Positions 62,323 to 64,000 of a stretch of DNA of 64,000 nt are shown in pieces. This stretch comes from Campylobacter sp. Its GTDB lineage: Bacteria > Campylobacterota > Campylobacteria > Campylobacterales > Campylobacteraceae. Below the pieces are notes generated by a model. That model was given only the letters and a program-made list of their open reading frames with translations, was not told the DNA's origin and did not search any database. Made by a program: the position numbers and the translations under genes. The number at the start of each line of letters is the position of its first letter. Position 1 is the stretch's first letter. Where the stretch lies: NCBI RefSeq assembly GCF_030528245.1, contig NZ_JAUMZG010000001.1, positions 9,974 to 73,973 of the forward strand, read 5' to 3'.

Positions 62323-64000
62323 AAACACTCCACTTTCTTTTCAATGTCTAAAACCCGACTCACGCGCTTTTGAATTTCATCCCTTTTCGTGGCGATGAGG
62401 GATTTTTTTTGGGCGCAGAGGCTGAGATTTTTTTCCAGTAAATTTTTTATGATTTTGTTGATGAGGGGCTTGTTGATGAGGAAATTTTCAAACTCATAAA
62501 CGCAAAGCTCGCTTAAAAGTCTCTCATCAAGCTCGGTTTTTTGCGGGGTGAAGAGGGCAAATTCGGTGCTGTCTAGCTCGTAAAGCGCGCGACTTTCGTT
62601 CATTTTGCGCTCGAAAAAGGCTAGGCTGAGTTTGGCGGCGTTTTCGTAATTGCTAAGGGTCTTGCTTTTGAGTTTTTCAAAAAAAAGCTCAAGCTCTAAG
62701 GTGCTTTTAAGCAAAGCGTTTTCAAAATCCCTCAAAAAATGCTCCTCGCTAGCACTCGCAAAGGCACGCAAATGGGCAAAATTCGCCTCGCTTTGCAGGG
62801 GGCTGTCTTTTTGGATGTTGGAAAATCTAGCCTTGAAAAGCAAAATTTCCCTTTGCAGCCTCTCAAAACCCGCCCTCAAATCCTGCTTTAAATTTTCAAA
62901 AGAATTCTCAAAATCTCTTTTGATTTTTTGAAATTCCTTACGCAAAAGCTCGGAGTGATAAAAAAGCGCCAAAAAGGCATCATCGCCTGAAATGAAGGGC
63001 GCTTTGTAGGGGTATTTTTGGTAGAGATTTTTTTGAAAAAGGCCCTTCGCCTTCCTGTAAAAGGCGCATTCTTTTTCCTTAATGTGCCCAAAAAGCTCCG
63101 TGCTGATCCTCCCCGCTATGCCTTTGAGTTGGGTCAAAATTTCGTGCCCCAAAAGGGTGCTTTTGTGTAAAATTGCCTCAAAATGCTGCCCCAAATAGCC
63201 CTCATAATTTGTAAATTTTTCTTCCAAAAGCTCAAAGGCTCCAATGAAAATTTGATTTTCTTCTTGGAGACTTTGGCAGTATTTGTGCATTTTTTTGCGG
63301 ACAAAATTTTGCTTGATTTGGTCCAAATTTAGGCCTTGTAAATGCTTGATAAGGGCTGGGAGGTTGGATTTTTCAAGCTGTCCCTGGGCTGCTTCCTTGC
63401 AAGAAAGTGCGATGACATCCTTAAAATAGCCTGAAAATACGCCCTTAGCATAGTTTAAAACCCGCTCAAGCTCCTCAGGGCTGACTTTGTCCTTTTGATT
63501 GAGGATGCAAAGGCTGCTATCGCCCAGAAGCTCCAAATTCGCCCTGATGGCGTCCTCCTCGCTTTTTTTGCCCGCATTGTCGATGAGGCTAAGCCAAATG
63601 ACGCTGTGGAGATTTTCAAGCTCGCCGAAGGTCGTGAGGCTGTCGTTTTCGTTGGCATTCAGGCCCGGGGTATCGACTAGAGTGAGCTTGGAAAGTAGCG
63701 GCACGGGGGCGTAGATGTGGAGTTTTTTTGCTTCTTTGATGCTTTTTCTTTGGTCGGTGTAGTTTTCAAGCTCTTCAAGATGGGTGATGAGGTCGCTGCC
63801 GTCGTTAAATTCCACGCGCAGAAAATATTCCTTGCCGTAGTGCAAAAAAGTGGGCTTGAAGGTTACGGGCACGGCGCCTGTGGGGAGGCAGGGTCTTTTT
63901 AGGATGAGGTTGAGGAGGCTTGATTTACCGCTTGAAAACTGCCCGATAATGCCCACTTGAATGTTTCTATCCAGCGAATTTTGCAGGTCGTGCAAGAGGG
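62319..64000 (-). CDS. Bacterial dynamin-like GTPase (Cj0412/DLP2-like); 5' end lies beyond the window
   Basis: GQFSSGKSS G1, PVT G2, DTPG G3, NQKD G4, long helical stalk. Confidence 0.88.
   Translation of the reverse strand, partial: LLHDLQNSLDRNIQVGIIGQFSSGKSSLLNLILKRPCLPTGAVPVTFKPTFLHYGKEYFLRVEFNDGSDLITHLEELENYTDQRKSIKEAKKLHIYAPVPLLSKLTLVDTPGLNANENDSLTTFGELENLHSVIWLSLIDNAGKKSEEDAIRANLELLGDSSLCILNQKDKVSPEELERVLNYAKGVFSGYFKDVIALSCKEAAQGQLEKSNLPALIKHLQGLNLDQIKQNFVRKKMHKYCQSLQEENQIFIGAFELLEEKFTNYEGYLGQHFEAILHKSTLLGHEILTQLKGIAGRISTELFGHIKEKECAFYRKAKGLFQKNLYQKYPYKAPFISGDDAFLALFYHSELLRKEFQKIKRDFENSFENLKQDLRAGFERLQREILLFKARFSNIQKDSPLQSEANFAHLRAFASASEEHFLRDFENALLKSTLELELFFEKLKSKTLSNYENAAKLSLAFFERKMNESRALYELDSTEFALFTPQKTELDERLLSELCVYEFENFLINKPLINKIIKNLLEKNLSLCAQKKSLIATKRDEIQKRVSRVLDIEKKVECL

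Noticed and set aside
1-64000. CRISPR arrays, tRNA/rRNA genes, IS elements, prophage
   Set aside because: No regularly spaced repeats, cloverleaf or rRNA-like sequence, transposase, integrase or phage genes were recognised; intergenic space is minimal.

Overview
Chromosomal window from a Campylobacter species. Gene content and order resemble the C. jejuni/C. upsaliensis group, but codon usage is visibly more G+C-rich. Most of the window is dense housekeeping DNA: aroQ-folK-flhF-flhG-fliA-fliM-fliY; a nikZYXWV-type ABC importer; the epsilon-type 14-gene nuo operon (two small genes replace nuoE/F) followed by pflA; dusB-dksA-rlmH-accD-bamA; tyrA-M23 peptidase-lpxC-tsaB-thrB-infB-rbfA-rimP; phoX with a PhosR box; miaA/mqnP through trxA; ruvB, an AI-2E transporter, a Sel1 protein and a dynamin-like gene. 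Two regions stand out. (1) 55.3-59.4 kb is an AT-richer island encoding a single-chain nuclease-methyltransferase-specificity (BcgI-like type IIB/IIG) enzyme. It has two in-frame TRDs, a G12 tract that can add a third TRD by slippage, an exact 34-bp repeat at the start of TRD1 and TRD2, and a 24-bp-period spacer repeat. It sits between ruvB and a truncated Hpt-like gene. (2) 45.8-47.4 kb is a decaying operon segment: doubly frameshifted moaA, unannotated queE/queD relics and a lipoprotein that has lost its cytochrome c domain. This suggests loss of molybdenum-cofactor and de novo queuosine synthesis. Comparisons with C. jejuni loci and sequences come from recalled knowledge, not from searches. 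No rRNA, tRNA, CRISPR array or IS element was recognised.
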